DNA from: an uncultured bacterium
GTDB taxonomy: Bacteria > Planctomycetota > UBA1135 > GCA-002686595
Length of the DNA stretch: 64,000 bases
Direction: 5' to 3'
Assembly (NCBI GenBank): GCA_943787795.1
Contig: CALSNU010000004.1
Span: 576,001-640,000, forward strand
The notes under the pieces are model-generated. The model ran no database searches, was not told where the DNA came from, and was given only the letters and a program-made list of their open reading frames with translations. Below are positions 10,834 to 20,835 of this stretch, in pieces. Both the position numbers and the translations under genes were made by a program. Numbering within the stretch: the first letter of the stretch is position 1; every line of letters starts with the position of its first letter.

Positions 10834-10931
10834 TGGATCCCGCCGGCTGGATCCCGCTGATTCGACCCAGCTGATTGGACCCAGCCGATTGGACCCGGCT
10901 GTGTGGACCCAGCCGTGTGGACCCAGCCGTG
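10834..10931. repeat. Intergenic minisatellite, 7 x 14 bp (TGGACCCAGCCGTG consensus)
   Basis: Units start at 10834, 10848, 10862, 10876, 10890, 10904, 10918; between convergent genes. Confidence 0.9.
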
Positions 10932-10998
10932 GGGAAGCGGCGCACGCCCGACAGCGAGGGTCCCCTCCAGCGAGGGCATCGCCCCACGCCGAGGCGGG

Positions 10999-11523
10999 TC
11001 AAGCACCCTTCGGCGGTTGACCGTGGAAGGCTCGAGCCGCCGGAGCGGGGTTGCCCACCAGCTTGCGCAGGAGTGTGACCTGACCCACATGGTGGAGCGC
11101 GTCGGCCCAGGGACCGTTGATCAGGTAGCCCGCGCCAAAGACGGGCTCAGGGGCGCCGGCCAACAGCGTGGCCTCCGCCAGGGCGCGAGGGTCCCGGCGG
11201 ATGACCCCGATGGTGGCGCTGAGATCCTCGAGGATCTCGAGGTACGCCAGCGGATGACGGTTGTCCGTGACGTTCCCAGGCCAGCTTGCCTGGCCGTTCT
11301 CCACGGCGCTGCGGCCCCATCGCACCAGTGCGGTGAGGTGCGCGAGTTGATCCCCGATGGACCAGGCGCCTGGGACTGGCTTCGCGTCGCAGTCCGCCTC
11401 GGCGAGGCCCTCACAGGCCCAACGGAGCCGGAAGCCGAGGCCCTGAAGGAGCCGGACGACACCCTCGACACCGTCGGTCGGGTTACTCGGAGCGGGAAGA
11501 GAATCGAACGGAGTCGTGACCAT
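10999..11523 (-). CDS. DinB/YfiT-like four-helix protein
   Basis: WSIGDQLAHL and DALHHVGQVTLLRK His pattern. Confidence 0.7.
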   Translation of the reverse strand: MVTTPFDSLPAPSNPTDGVEGVVRLLQGLGFRLRWACEGLAEADCDAKPVPGAWSIGDQLAHLTALVRWGRSAVENGQASWPGNVTDNRHPLAYLEILEDLSATIGVIRRDPRALAEATLLAGAPEPVFGAGYLINGPWADALHHVGQVTLLRKLVGNPAPAARAFHGQPPKGA

Positions 11524-12028
11524 CACGAGTCGGGGCAACGGGAATCAGAGCGGCGAGCGGGCGGGCAGGCGGTGAAGGCCTTGAGCCCCAAGAAAGGGGC
11601 CGCCGGCCCACCCAAGATGCCACCGGCCCGAGACGAGTACAGCCACCCAGCTTCCCCACAAAGGTCTGGGGTCTTCCCCCCCCCGATCGGCCGTAGCTTC
11701 CGCACCTCTCCGTCAGCCACGACGCGTTCGTTCCCCTGTGAAGGTCAACCCTTGCAGCTCAGCGGGGCTCGGCGGATTCCCCACTCGCGGGAGCAACCGT
11801 GAACCCAGGTCGGCGTGCTCGCCCCGGCGTCGCCTCCGCGCGATGCCGTCGTGCCCCGCCGGCCCGGGCGCTCCCCCCAAGCCTCGACCCAGCGAGGGCT
11901 CAGCGGACCTTCCCTGGGCCGCCCATCTCCCGTCCCTTTTGTCCCCCTTCACCCCCCAGCGAGCCCCTGCTCCGCCATGTCGCAGCTCGGATCGCTGATC
12001 GACTGCCTTCAGCGCCGCGGCTGGTCCG

Positions 12029-13282
12029 TCAGGGGGCGTCCGAATCGCTGGAGAGTTTGGACAGCTCGATTCGGAGGGCCTCCACATCCTCGGCCTCCAG
12101 CGGGGGCGGGTAGTGGTGCCAGGCCGCTCCGTTGAGCATGTCGCTTCGACCCCGTTCGAACAGCGCGGTCATGTGGACCGGATCGAACGGCTCGGACGGC
12201 TCGACGTCGAAGTCGAAGGGAATCCACGCGAGCTGGAAGTCGAATCCGTCTCGGAGCGCGGTCATCCAGATCCGATAGAGGTCCCCGATCCCGTTACTTC
12301 GAATCAAGCCAGAGATCGACCGACCCGTGATCTCGAAGAGCTTCCTCCCCACCTGCTCGTGCCGAAAGACCAGCGGCGCATTGCGGATCACCCAGACCGT
12401 CGGCGAGCCCTCGCTGCTCGCCTCGAAGAGGCCCGAGTCTCGGAGCCGGAGCGCGGCCGGATAGGTGAAGACCTGGGCAGAGATGCCTCCGTCGACGTGC
12501 ATCTCGTCGTACTCACGACCGTCCGGGGTCACGACATCGATCATCACCGGCGGGAAGATGCCCGGAATTGACGCGGAAGCGAAGATGATGTCGAGAGCGA
12601 GCTCACGGCCGCCTGGGATGTTCTCCGCGGCGATGGCGCTCAAGCACCAGTAGGTCGCCTCCATGCGGTCGAGGTTCGTGGTCCCGACGTAGAGGCGCCT
12701 CCCCTTCAGGTGCTCCTCCCCCATCTGCCGGAAGGCCTCTTCATCAAAGTGAGTGGCGACGAGCGCCCGGAGGCCGTCCGGATCGGCCAGTGCGTCGCCG
12801 GTCAGGCCCTTGAGCAGCCCACGCTCGGTGACGAGCTCGCTGGTGCTGAGGGTGGTGTAGCAGGCCTTGATATCCTCGTCGTAGTCAGCCCCGAGGAAAG
12901 CGAACGGTGCGGTGAGCGCCCCGGTCGAGACCCCCGTGACCACGTTGAACATCGGGCGGGTCCCAAGCTCGGACCAGCCGGAGAGGAGCCCGCCGCCGTA
13001 CGCGCCGTTCTCGCCCCCCCCGGAGATGGCGAGCACCGTGATCGGCGCCTGGTCTAGCCCGCTCGCGCGCATCTGATCCAAGAGGAGTGCCATGCGTTTC
13101 TGCACGGCGGGGTCATCGGCCCCGACCTCGCCGGTGATTCGCCAGGACTCCATGCCAAGGGGGTGCACGTCACGGATGTCCTCGTACGGCACAGGCCTGC
13201 GCTTGGGCGACGAGCAGCCGACGGCGAGCGCAGCGAGAACGAGAACAGCCAGGGATGCGGCAATCGACGGGGTCCGAGGCAT
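12029..13282 (-). CDS. Patatin-like phospholipase, lipoprotein
   Basis: SGGGENGAY, GVSTG nucleophile elbow, ASASIPG, DGG; lipobox LAVGC. Confidence 0.9.
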   Translation of the reverse strand: MPRTPSIAASLAVLVLAALAVGCSSPKRRPVPYEDIRDVHPLGMESWRITGEVGADDPAVQKRMALLLDQMRASGLDQAPITVLAISGGGENGAYGGGLLSGWSELGTRPMFNVVTGVSTGALTAPFAFLGADYDEDIKACYTTLSTSELVTERGLLKGLTGDALADPDGLRALVATHFDEEAFRQMGEEHLKGRRLYVGTTNLDRMEATYWCLSAIAAENIPGGRELALDIIFASASIPGIFPPVMIDVVTPDGREYDEMHVDGGISAQVFTYPAALRLRDSGLFEASSEGSPTVWVIRNAPLVFRHEQVGRKLFEITGRSISGLIRSNGIGDLYRIWMTALRDGFDFQLAWIPFDFDVEPSEPFDPVHMTALFERGRSDMLNGAAWHHYPPPLEAEDVEALRIELSKLSSDSDAP

Positions 13283-13938
13283 TGGATCTTGGTGGATGCT
13301 TGGTAGATGAGGGTTGCGAGCTCGCGCAGACACGCCCGGGCTCAACCGGACGCAGCGCGGAGACGTTATCCCTCGCACCCGCGTCGTGTCGAGGCCCAGC
13401 GAGGGCAGCGCGCAGCCAGATCGCCGCCCGGAGCCGCCCTGCTTTGACCCCCGACGAGCCCACGCTCCGCCAGGTCGTCGCCTTGGGTCACGCTTCGGCC
13501 GGCGACGTCGCGCCCCCGGGCGTCTCGGATCCCGTTGGGCCACGGGATGTCGTGGCCGACGCTGCGCCTCGCCGGCATGCGCATCGATCCCCTGGGCGCC
13601 GCGCGCTTCACGACCAGCTTCGGCACCCGGGGGGGGTCCTCTCGGCGCTGATCGACGGGGACATGGAGGGGACCCCCGGCGCGGAGGCCCAGCTCCCTGG
13701 CGGCGCCCGGGTCGTTCGCGCCCGCATCACCCACGCCCCAGTGGGCCCCTGGGCGGGCGTGGAGGGCGCGCACGCCGAGATGTGGATAACTCCAAGGCGA
13801 GCCCAAGGTCCGTACCCCGAATCACTGAATTTCCAACCACCGGGGTGCGACGCCCCGTCCAGGGTGCCTTCAGCCTGATTCCGGGAGCAAAGTCCGCCCG
13901 ATCTGTCCCACGGACACCTCGCTGATACCTTCTGGGTC

Positions 13939-14475
13939 ATGGCGTCCCAGGAAGCCAATGCGTTGAGGCGCACCGGTGTCACGTGGGGTCCCCCCGGGTC
14001 CGACGATGAAGCCGTGCTCGCGTGGGCGGCGCTCAAGGAGAGCGTGGAGCGCGTGCTCTTCGACGCCGCGGCCCTGGGGCCGATCCCCTGCCTCGCCCGG
14101 CTGGCCCTCGAGGACCTGGGTGACGCGAGGGAACTCTGCTCCCTGGACGACGAGCCCCTCCACGGGCGCTGGGAGCGGGCCATCCGCCGCCAGATCCTCC
14201 GCTTCTCCACCCAGCCCCTCGCCTTCCAGGACCCCACCGTCGAGCCCTTCCTCACGAGTTGCACCACGGCCTTCGACCTGGAGCAGGACCGCGCCGAGGA
14301 GCTCATCCAGCGCTTCCACGGCCTCGGCGAGGCCCACCGCTTCGGCCTCTTCCTCCACCTCGAGGCCCGCGAGCCCTTCCGCTACCTCGCCCGACAGATC
14401 GAGACCAACCAGACCCCCCGTCCCCTCACGCCCCCCGACGAGGCCCTGAGCGATCTCATGGCCCAGATGAGGTGA
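13939..14475 (+). CDS. Hypothetical protein, possible degenerate ECF-sigma-like factor
   Basis: 178 aa, helical; C-terminal F..L.E..R..L.L.LE.....LA resembles sigma region 4 lead-in; high GC3; TACCTT 7 nt before ATG. Confidence 0.5.
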   Translation: MASQEANALRRTGVTWGPPGSDDEAVLAWAALKESVERVLFDAAALGPIPCLARLALEDLGDARELCSLDDEPLHGRWERAIRRQILRFSTQPLAFQDPTVEPFLTSCTTAFDLEQDRAEELIQRFHGLGEAHRFGLFLHLEAREPFRYLARQIETNQTPRPLTPPDEALSDLMAQMR

Positions 14476-14480
14476 ACGAG

Positions 14481-15254
14481 ATGAAGTACGACTCCGGCCC
14501 CCCCACGGCGACCCTCGCCAACACGACCCACCGGCTGCGCCAGCTCCTCGAGACACGCCCCGCCCGCGGCGCGAAGGACGAGCGCATCCGCGAACTTGAC
14601 CGCGGTCTACGCACATACGCCGAGGGCCACCCGAGGGCGTCGCAGATCATGTTGGACCCCTCATCCGCCTACGACGCGGTCTGGCAGTGTGGGGCGGACT
14701 TTCGTCCAGAGATCGAGCCTTCACGCATGACCACGAAGGAAGCGTCCCACCGGGGCGCCCAAGAGCTGATTGAGTTGAGGGGTGATGTCGACTCCTACCT
14801 GATGGCCAGCCTCATCGCGATCCTCAACGGGGACCTGAAGCGCAATCGCGACTGGATCAGGGAAGGGCTCTCGACCCACGGGCAACATGGCTATGCCGCG
14901 ATGCTCTTGCTCCAAGCAGGGCACAGCGAGCAACTTGGCGGTCGACTCGAACGATCCCTCGAGTCGTACCGCACCGCGACGGCAACCCCGGTGGCTGCTC
15001 CGCGGCGATCTGCGCTCGCGGCGGGGGCGTTCGCCGCGGCGGCCAGCGGCCGAGAAGGTGATCTCGACTGGTTCCTCCAGCGAATGTCGGATGAGGATCA
15101 GGAACATCAGCTGGCCGTACTGATGCGCGTTGCCAGGCTCCGGCAGCGTCGACTTGGCCAGGCCTCCGTCAGCCGTAGCTACCGCCTGATGCACCAACGC
15201 AGTTGCGACATCGGGGGTTCTTCCAAATGGGCAATCCAACTCGACCTGTCATGA
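14481..15254 (+). CDS. Hypothetical helical/TPR-like cytoplasmic protein
   Basis: GAGGTG RBS-like site, 5 nt after previous stop; TPR-like segment AAMLLLQAGHSEQLGGRLERSLESYRTA. Confidence 0.6.
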   Translation: MKYDSGPPTATLANTTHRLRQLLETRPARGAKDERIRELDRGLRTYAEGHPRASQIMLDPSSAYDAVWQCGADFRPEIEPSRMTTKEASHRGAQELIELRGDVDSYLMASLIAILNGDLKRNRDWIREGLSTHGQHGYAAMLLLQAGHSEQLGGRLERSLESYRTATATPVAAPRRSALAAGAFAAAASGREGDLDWFLQRMSDEDQEHQLAVLMRVARLRQRRLGQASVSRSYRLMHQRSCDIGGSSKWAIQLDLS

Positions 15255-15313
15255 TCCAACGATCCGACCACCACATTTCGACGAGAACATCTACGGTTCC
15301 GTGGGGACCCGTC

Positions 15314-15535
15314 ATGACGCTTCATATCTCAAATCGCGCGAGACGCCAATGCTTGCTGGCACTGCTCTGCGTCGCAGCGGCCATCTTAGGGCAAAGCGAT
15401 TCGGCCCTCGCTAGCCGCTCTGGCCCGACGCCTTCCGTGATGACCTCGCCGGTGGGCGGAAGTTCGGGTGGAGGGATTCGAGGCATCCAAAAGCAACCGC
15501 AACGAGGCGCCCCGGAGACGACGTCTCCTGGCTAG
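15314..15535 (+). CDS. Small secreted peptide (73 aa; ~40 aa mature)
   Basis: Basic N-region RARR, hydrophobic core LLALLCVAAAIL, ALA cleavage site; alternative in-frame start 15251 overlaps upstream stop (ATGA). Confidence 0.55.
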   Translation: MTLHISNRARRQCLLALLCVAAAILGQSDSALASRSGPTPSVMTSPVGGSSGGGIRGIQKQPQRGAPETTSPG

Positions 15536-15552
15536 GCATTCGGACCCACCGA

Positions 15553-17686
15553 ATGATGCAACGCTCCGCCCTTGCCGTCGGTGCCGCAGCAGTTGTGGCG
15601 TACTTCTCCCTGGCGACCTTCGCGCCATCGCACAAAGACCGAGTTGGAGACACTCCATCCGCCAGTCCTGCTGCCTGGCCAGAGTACGAGCCGAGTCGTA
15701 GCCAGAACCCAACTCAAGCGGGTGAGGTCAGCATAACTCTTCTCGAGGACATCACCGAGGGGAGCGCCAAGTCCCGAGCGGCCATTGCAGCGGACAAGGC
15801 GAGTGGAAGGGCGACTCCCCAGACCTTGAACCCTGAACGGGTCGTGGCGCAGTTCACGGTCCGGTCCCTGACTTCACGTCCCTTCACCGGTCAGATCGCC
15901 CTCCTTCTGGAAGGAGCCGAAGCCCCGGTCGTGACTCCAGCGCCGGAGCCGGGAGACACCGCCGAATTCCGAGTCGCGCCAGGCGAGTACACCGCGTGGG
16001 TCCAGTCGGAGTCGGGCATCCGTGGCCCCGCACAGCTTCTGACGATCAGTGATCGCTCCACCCCCACGGAGTTGGAGGCGCCCCTGATCTTCGAGGTCCT
16101 GGTCCCCCTCGTGGACGCCTCGACTCGAGAGCCGCTGCCAGGCGCCACCGTCCAGTTCCATCGCTCGGACTCCGGTGCAGGAGGTGGCGAGTCCACGACG
16201 CTCCAGGCTCGATCGAATGACGCCGGCCTCGCTCGTCTGGAGGGCGTGACGCCGGGCGACTGGACGATCACGGCCGACTCCAGCAGTCACTGGGCCGTCG
16301 CCCTCGACTTGAGCTTCGACCCAGATCAGGTCTCTCGGCTCGGCACGACCGAGTTGGATTCGCTCAAGATGTACCCACGCACCGAGAAGGTCTTCCGGCT
16401 GACCTCCAGCGATGCAGGCCTCGACCCGACCAGCTATTCGGTGTCTTACGACGCCGACTGGGAAGGGACTGCTGTTCAATTCAGCGCCAGCGGAATGGCT
16501 ACGCTTTCCCTCGGGCGGTATCACCTGCCGCTATATGTGAAGCTCCGCCACCCATCCCCGTCCAAAGGCGCTCAGTTTCGGTATCTCGACGAGGACGATG
16601 TAGAGAACGGCGAGGAGTATATCTGGCACCTCGACGGACCCCAGACTCTGGAGGTCACCCTCGAGTTCGCGGAGGGGGTCGAGGAGTTGATCGGCGATCA
16701 GCTCATGTGGCTTCCCGCCAACTTCCGTGACTCGAGCGGGAACATTGGCTTCGCGACGTACGACGTCAGTGGCCCCGGGGTCTACTCGTTCCCGATGGTC
16801 CGAGGGTCAGACGCCACCGTGGCCTTCAACGTTGGCGATTCATCGACTTGGGCCGCTATGAGCGTTGGCCTCGCGAGCGAAGGGCTGACGTCCTGCACGC
16901 TGCGAGTGGAGCAACCACCTCAGATGCTCCGTATCCGGGACGGTTCTGGCGCTCCGGTATCCTCATTCTGGGTCAACATGTATGCGGATGGCGATCCCTC
17001 TGGCTGGAGTGCGTTTGGAACAAGCGACGAATCTGGGTCTATACCCCTTCCGCGTATCCAGAACCGAGATGCACGAATAAGTGGTTCCGGAATCCACGAA
17101 GGGCTCGACTACTACTGCATCGACATCCCCCTTGCCTTGGGAGGCCCAGTGAAGGCGGAGGACTCTGGAACACCCCTCCCCGGGGCCGAGCTCCGATTGA
17201 CGCCTGCGACGGAGACCTTCTTTGAAGCTCGGGGCCAGGCCGAATCCATGCGAGGTCTGGACTTCGAGCTTCAGAACCGCAGCAACGGCGATACACACTT
17301 CCTGTTCCGAAGTAGCCCAGAGGGGAAGACGCCTCCATTCCAGCTCGTCGACGGCAGCCAGGCGATGGTCCACGTCGTCTCCGACCGGCGGTCACTGGAC
17401 CCCCACGCCGGTCTTCGAACTCAAGCCGGGTCGTAACGAGGTGGAGGTGCACGACTCGGGGCAGCTCAACATCTCGTCCGAGGCGCTGCTCGATCGGGTG
17501 ATGTCGGTGCGGTACGGCGTGCCCGTGAGCACCTGGCGGGCCCAGGACAACCTCTTCCAGCTCACCACCAAGAACGGCGTCCTGCGCTACCGCACCCCGG
17601 TCGGGGACTACGACGTGACCATGCCCGACGGCTCCGTCGAGCGCATCACCCTGACCAAGTTCCAGGAAGTCTCCGCCGGCATCTGA
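15553..17686 (+). CDS. N-anchored surface protein with carboxypeptidase-regulatory-like (Cna-B/transthyretin-like) domains; +1 frameshift near 17385
   Basis: N-terminal TM; VDASTREPLPGATV...SNDAG...PGDWTITA; continues in +1 frame (GGHWTPTPVFELKPGRNEVEV...) to stop at 17686. Confidence 0.7.
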
Positions 17687-17716
17687 GAGCTGGCCGGGGC
17701 GGCGACGGGACTCGGG

Positions 17717-18655
17717 TCAGCGCCAGCCCATGCTGGAGAGGGCCTGCTCCCAGGCGGCGGCGGCCGCGGCGCGGTCGGCCTCCAGCTCGCTCACGCGGCT
17801 CGCGAGCGCCTCGGCACGCGCGGCCTCCTGGCTCGCCCGGCTGGCGGCGGCCGCCGCGGCCTCCGCCTGGCGCTCGACCTCGCCCGCGCGCTGCTCGAGC
17901 TGCTGGCCGGCGGACTGGAGCTGGCCTTCGAGGAGCCCGGCGCGGGCGCGCTCGGTGGAGAGCGTCTCGCCGTGCTCCGACTGGAGCTGAATCACGAAGC
18001 CGGCGGCGCCCAGCAGGAGCACCCCGGCCGCCACGGCCGCCGCTCTCCCCCACCGGCGCGTGGAGGCCTCGCGGGCCTCGGAGGCGACGATGACGCGCTC
18101 GAGGCGCACGAGCTCGGCCCGGTGTTCCTCGCGGGCCACCTCCAGCGCCTCCTTGGCCTCGCGCCAGCCCTGGACGGCGAGCTCGACCTCGACCAGGGCG
18201 CCGCCCCGATCCTCGTCAGCGGCCGCCGCGCCCTGGGCGCGCTCCTCATCCGAAGGGCTGCTCCCCGCGGGCTCAGGCTCAGGCTCGGGCTCGGGCTCGG
18301 GCTGGGCTTTGGTTTCCGGGCCGGCGGGACCCTCATCCGCGGTGGGCTCGGGCTCGACCGCAGCGCCGTCTTCGCCGGCGTCACGGGGAGCCCTGTCCGT
18401 GATCAGGGACTCCCGCGCGAACTCCACCTCGTCCAGCTGGACCCCCGGCTGGAGCACCCCGTCGTCCGCGATCGTGTGGGTGTTGAGGGTCCCCTTCCGG
18501 ACGGCCGCGGCGAGCACCGCCTCGGGCAGGCCGGACTGCTCGGCGGCCTCGGCCAAGGAGATGGAGGGGGTCGCCGGCGCAGCCTCGCGCTCCGCTCCCT
18601 GGGGCCGCGGGGCGGCCACCTTCTCCTGGAGCACCTCGAAGGGGTCGTAACTCAT
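17717..18655 (-). CDS. HTH - acidic/Pro linker - coiled coil - TM - coiled coil protein
   Basis: ISLAEAAEQSGLPEAVLAAAVRKGTL (MerR/excisionase-like HTH), PEPEPE linker, TM AAAVAAGVLLLGAAGFVI. Confidence 0.7.
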   Translation of the reverse strand: MSYDPFEVLQEKVAAPRPQGAEREAAPATPSISLAEAAEQSGLPEAVLAAAVRKGTLNTHTIADDGVLQPGVQLDEVEFARESLITDRAPRDAGEDGAAVEPEPTADEGPAGPETKAQPEPEPEPEPEPAGSSPSDEERAQGAAAADEDRGGALVEVELAVQGWREAKEALEVAREEHRAELVRLERVIVASEAREASTRRWGRAAAVAAGVLLLGAAGFVIQLQSEHGETLSTERARAGLLEGQLQSAGQQLEQRAGEVERQAEAAAAAASRASQEAARAEALASRVSELEADRAAAAAAWEQALSSMGWR

Positions 18656-18741
18656 GCCATGAGCACGCCAAACCCGGGGGGGGCGATTCAAGGCTGAAGT
18701 GCTGGTGCCGGGTCAAGAGGAGCGTGCACTACGCTGCACCG

Positions 18742-19750
18742 ATGCCGCTTCGCCGTCTGCTCCCCCTGCTGCTCGCCGCCTGCGCGTCGCCCTCCGAGCC
18801 CCTCCCCCTGGACCGTGCCCGACGACGTGCGCCCGGAGTTCTTCTTCGCCGACGATGTCTCCGAGGACGTGCGGGTGGCCATGGCGGGCGCCCTGGACGC
18901 GGGCATCGAGGCCTGGGGCAACTACGGGCCCATCGAGTACTGGGTGGTGGGCATGGACGTGGAGGCCGCCGAGGCCCTCGCGGGGCGGTACTGCGACCGC
19001 CGGGTGGCGCGCGGGGACATGACGGCCCAGGAGTGCGCCTCGGACGTCCGTCGCCGCCGCGAGCTACGCGACTGGGCGGCGCGCGCCGCGGAGATCGAGG
19101 CCACCGGGCAGCCCTTCCTGGAGGCCGGGTGGAACGGCGGCTTCGAGTGGGGCCTGCACCAGTTCAGCTCCTCGCTGCCCCCCGGCTGGGCGGGTCTCGC
19201 CGACGTGCGCATCGAGGATGACCAGACGGTGCTGCTGCACGAGTACTTCCACGCGGTCCAGCAGTCCCACGTCACGACCCTGGACTGGGAGGCGCGGCAG
19301 CGGCTCATGGGGCCGGTGTGGTTCGTGGAAGGGGCGGCGGAGTACATGGCCCAGACCACCGGCGAGGCGCTGCGGCGAGCGGGCCGCCTGCCCACCGACC
19401 CTCGCTTCCCCGGGGATGCCTGGCGGGCTCGGGACCGCATGGAGCAGAAGCTGCGCTCGGGGCTCGCCCTGCGCGCAGAACGCCCCGGCCTCGCCCTGGG
19501 CGAGGTCGACTACGGCCCGGACGGCCAGATCGCCTACGACCTCGGCGCCTGGGCCATCGCCTGGCTCTGCCACCGGGCCGGACCCGACGTGCTCATCGAG
19601 CGCTTCTACCCGGCGGTCGAGGCCCTGGGATGGGAGGCCGCCTTCGGGGAGGCGTTCGAACTCACCCCCGCGGCGTTCTACGCCGAGTTCGACCGCTTCC
19701 TCGAGCTCGACCGAGCGCAACAGCTGGCGATCCTCGCGGCAGCGAGCTGA
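18742..19750 (+). CDS. Lipoprotein with HExxH zincin-like motif; +1 frameshift in C-run near 18805
   Basis: MPLRRLLPLLLAAC lipobox joins ORF 18815-19750 if one C is removed; LLHEYFHAVQ, PVWFVEGAAEY. Confidence 0.75.
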
Positions 19751-19917
19751 GCCCCGGCGCGGCGAGGCAACGACTCTCCATCACAGGGCTGCCCGCTGGC
19801 CAACGGCCCTCCTCCGCGGTTAGCCTCGGAGCCTCGACGACCGAGGCTGGAGCGGCGCGCCTCCGCCCGAGGGCCCCCCTCGCGGAGCGCCTCTCTCCCT
19901 TGAATCACTCTCCTCAC

Positions 19918-20835
19918 ATGGACCACGACCCCGACCCGGCGAACGGCAGCTCGGACCCGGCCGGCCCCGCCGACCAGGGGGCGGCCCCCGCCGGTAGCGT
20001 CGATCAGGATGAGCGCTGGCGACGCGCGGAGATCGACGAGGACGAGCGCCGGCACATCGAGCGCTTCGCGCGCGGCGCGGCCGTGGCCGTCATCGTCGGG
20101 GTGGTGCTCATCGTGATCGGGATCCTCACGGTCCCCCACTGGATCACGGTCCTCAGCCACGAGAGCGAGCGGCGCTTCGTGGAGCCCTACGTGGAGTGGA
20201 TCGCTGACCTCGCCCTGGACCCGGTGCACCCCGACGTCGAGGCCTACGTGAAGGGACTCGGCGCCGAGGTGGCGGCGCAGATGGACCTCCCCGAGGGACT
20301 CGAGCTCGAGGTCCACGTCATCGAGGGCGACGAGGTCAACGCCTTCACCACCCTCGGCGGCCACATCTTCGTGCTCGAGGGGCTGATCGAGCGGCTCGAC
20401 AACGAGAACAGCCTGGCGATGGTGCTCGGCCACGAGATCGCCCACGCCGCCCAGCGGGACCCCCTCACCAGCCTGAGCCGCGGGATCCTGCTGCAGCTAC
20501 TTCTGACCACCGCCACGGGGGAGGCGAGCACCTCCCGGGACCTCGGGGGCCAGCTGGTCCTGACGGCCTACAGCCGCGAGCTCGAGGAGAACGCGGACGC
20601 GCTGGCGCTTGACGCTCTCCAGAGCCTCTATGGGCACGCGGGAGGGGCGACCGGGCTCTTCGAGGAGCTGCGCGAGGTGGAGGTCTTCGCCCCCGGGGGC
20701 ATCCTTGCGTCGCACCCCGACCTCTCAAGCCGCATCCGCGCCATCGAGGATCGGTGCGACGAGCGCGGGTGGCCGATGGAGGAGACCGCGCCCTACCCGG
20801 ACGCGGTCCTCGAGGGGCTCAGTTCTGGGCCTTGA
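19918..20835 (+). CDS. M48 family metallopeptidase
   Basis: VNAFTTLGG, VLGHEIAH, YSRELEENAD, ASHPD. Confidence 0.9.
   Translation: MDHDPDPANGSSDPAGPADQGAAPAGSVDQDERWRRAEIDEDERRHIERFARGAAVAVIVGVVLIVIGILTVPHWITVLSHESERRFVEPYVEWIADLALDPVHPDVEAYVKGLGAEVAAQMDLPEGLELEVHVIEGDEVNAFTTLGGHIFVLEGLIERLDNENSLAMVLGHEIAHAAQRDPLTSLSRGILLQLLLTTATGEASTSRDLGGQLVLTAYSRELEENADALALDALQSLYGHAGGATGLFEELREVEVFAPGGILASHPDLSSRIRAIEDRCDERGWPMEETAPYPDAVLEGLSSGP

Noticed and set aside
11540..12025. Long intergenic region that might hold a riboswitch or ncRNA
   Set aside because: I could not match cobalamin, TPP, SRP, 6S or tRNA consensus elements by eye; an Rfam/Infernal search is needed.
13781..13789. Perfect DnaA box TGTGGATAA (and a one-mismatch TTATCCACG at 32687) suggesting oriC
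   Set aside because: The boxes are isolated, with no cluster, AT-rich unwinding element or dnaA/dnaN nearby. A single regulatory site cannot be excluded.
13939..17686. Prophage, IS or integrative element explaining the low-GC segment
   Set aside because: No integrase, transposase, terminal inverted repeats, flanking direct repeats or tRNA target seen.
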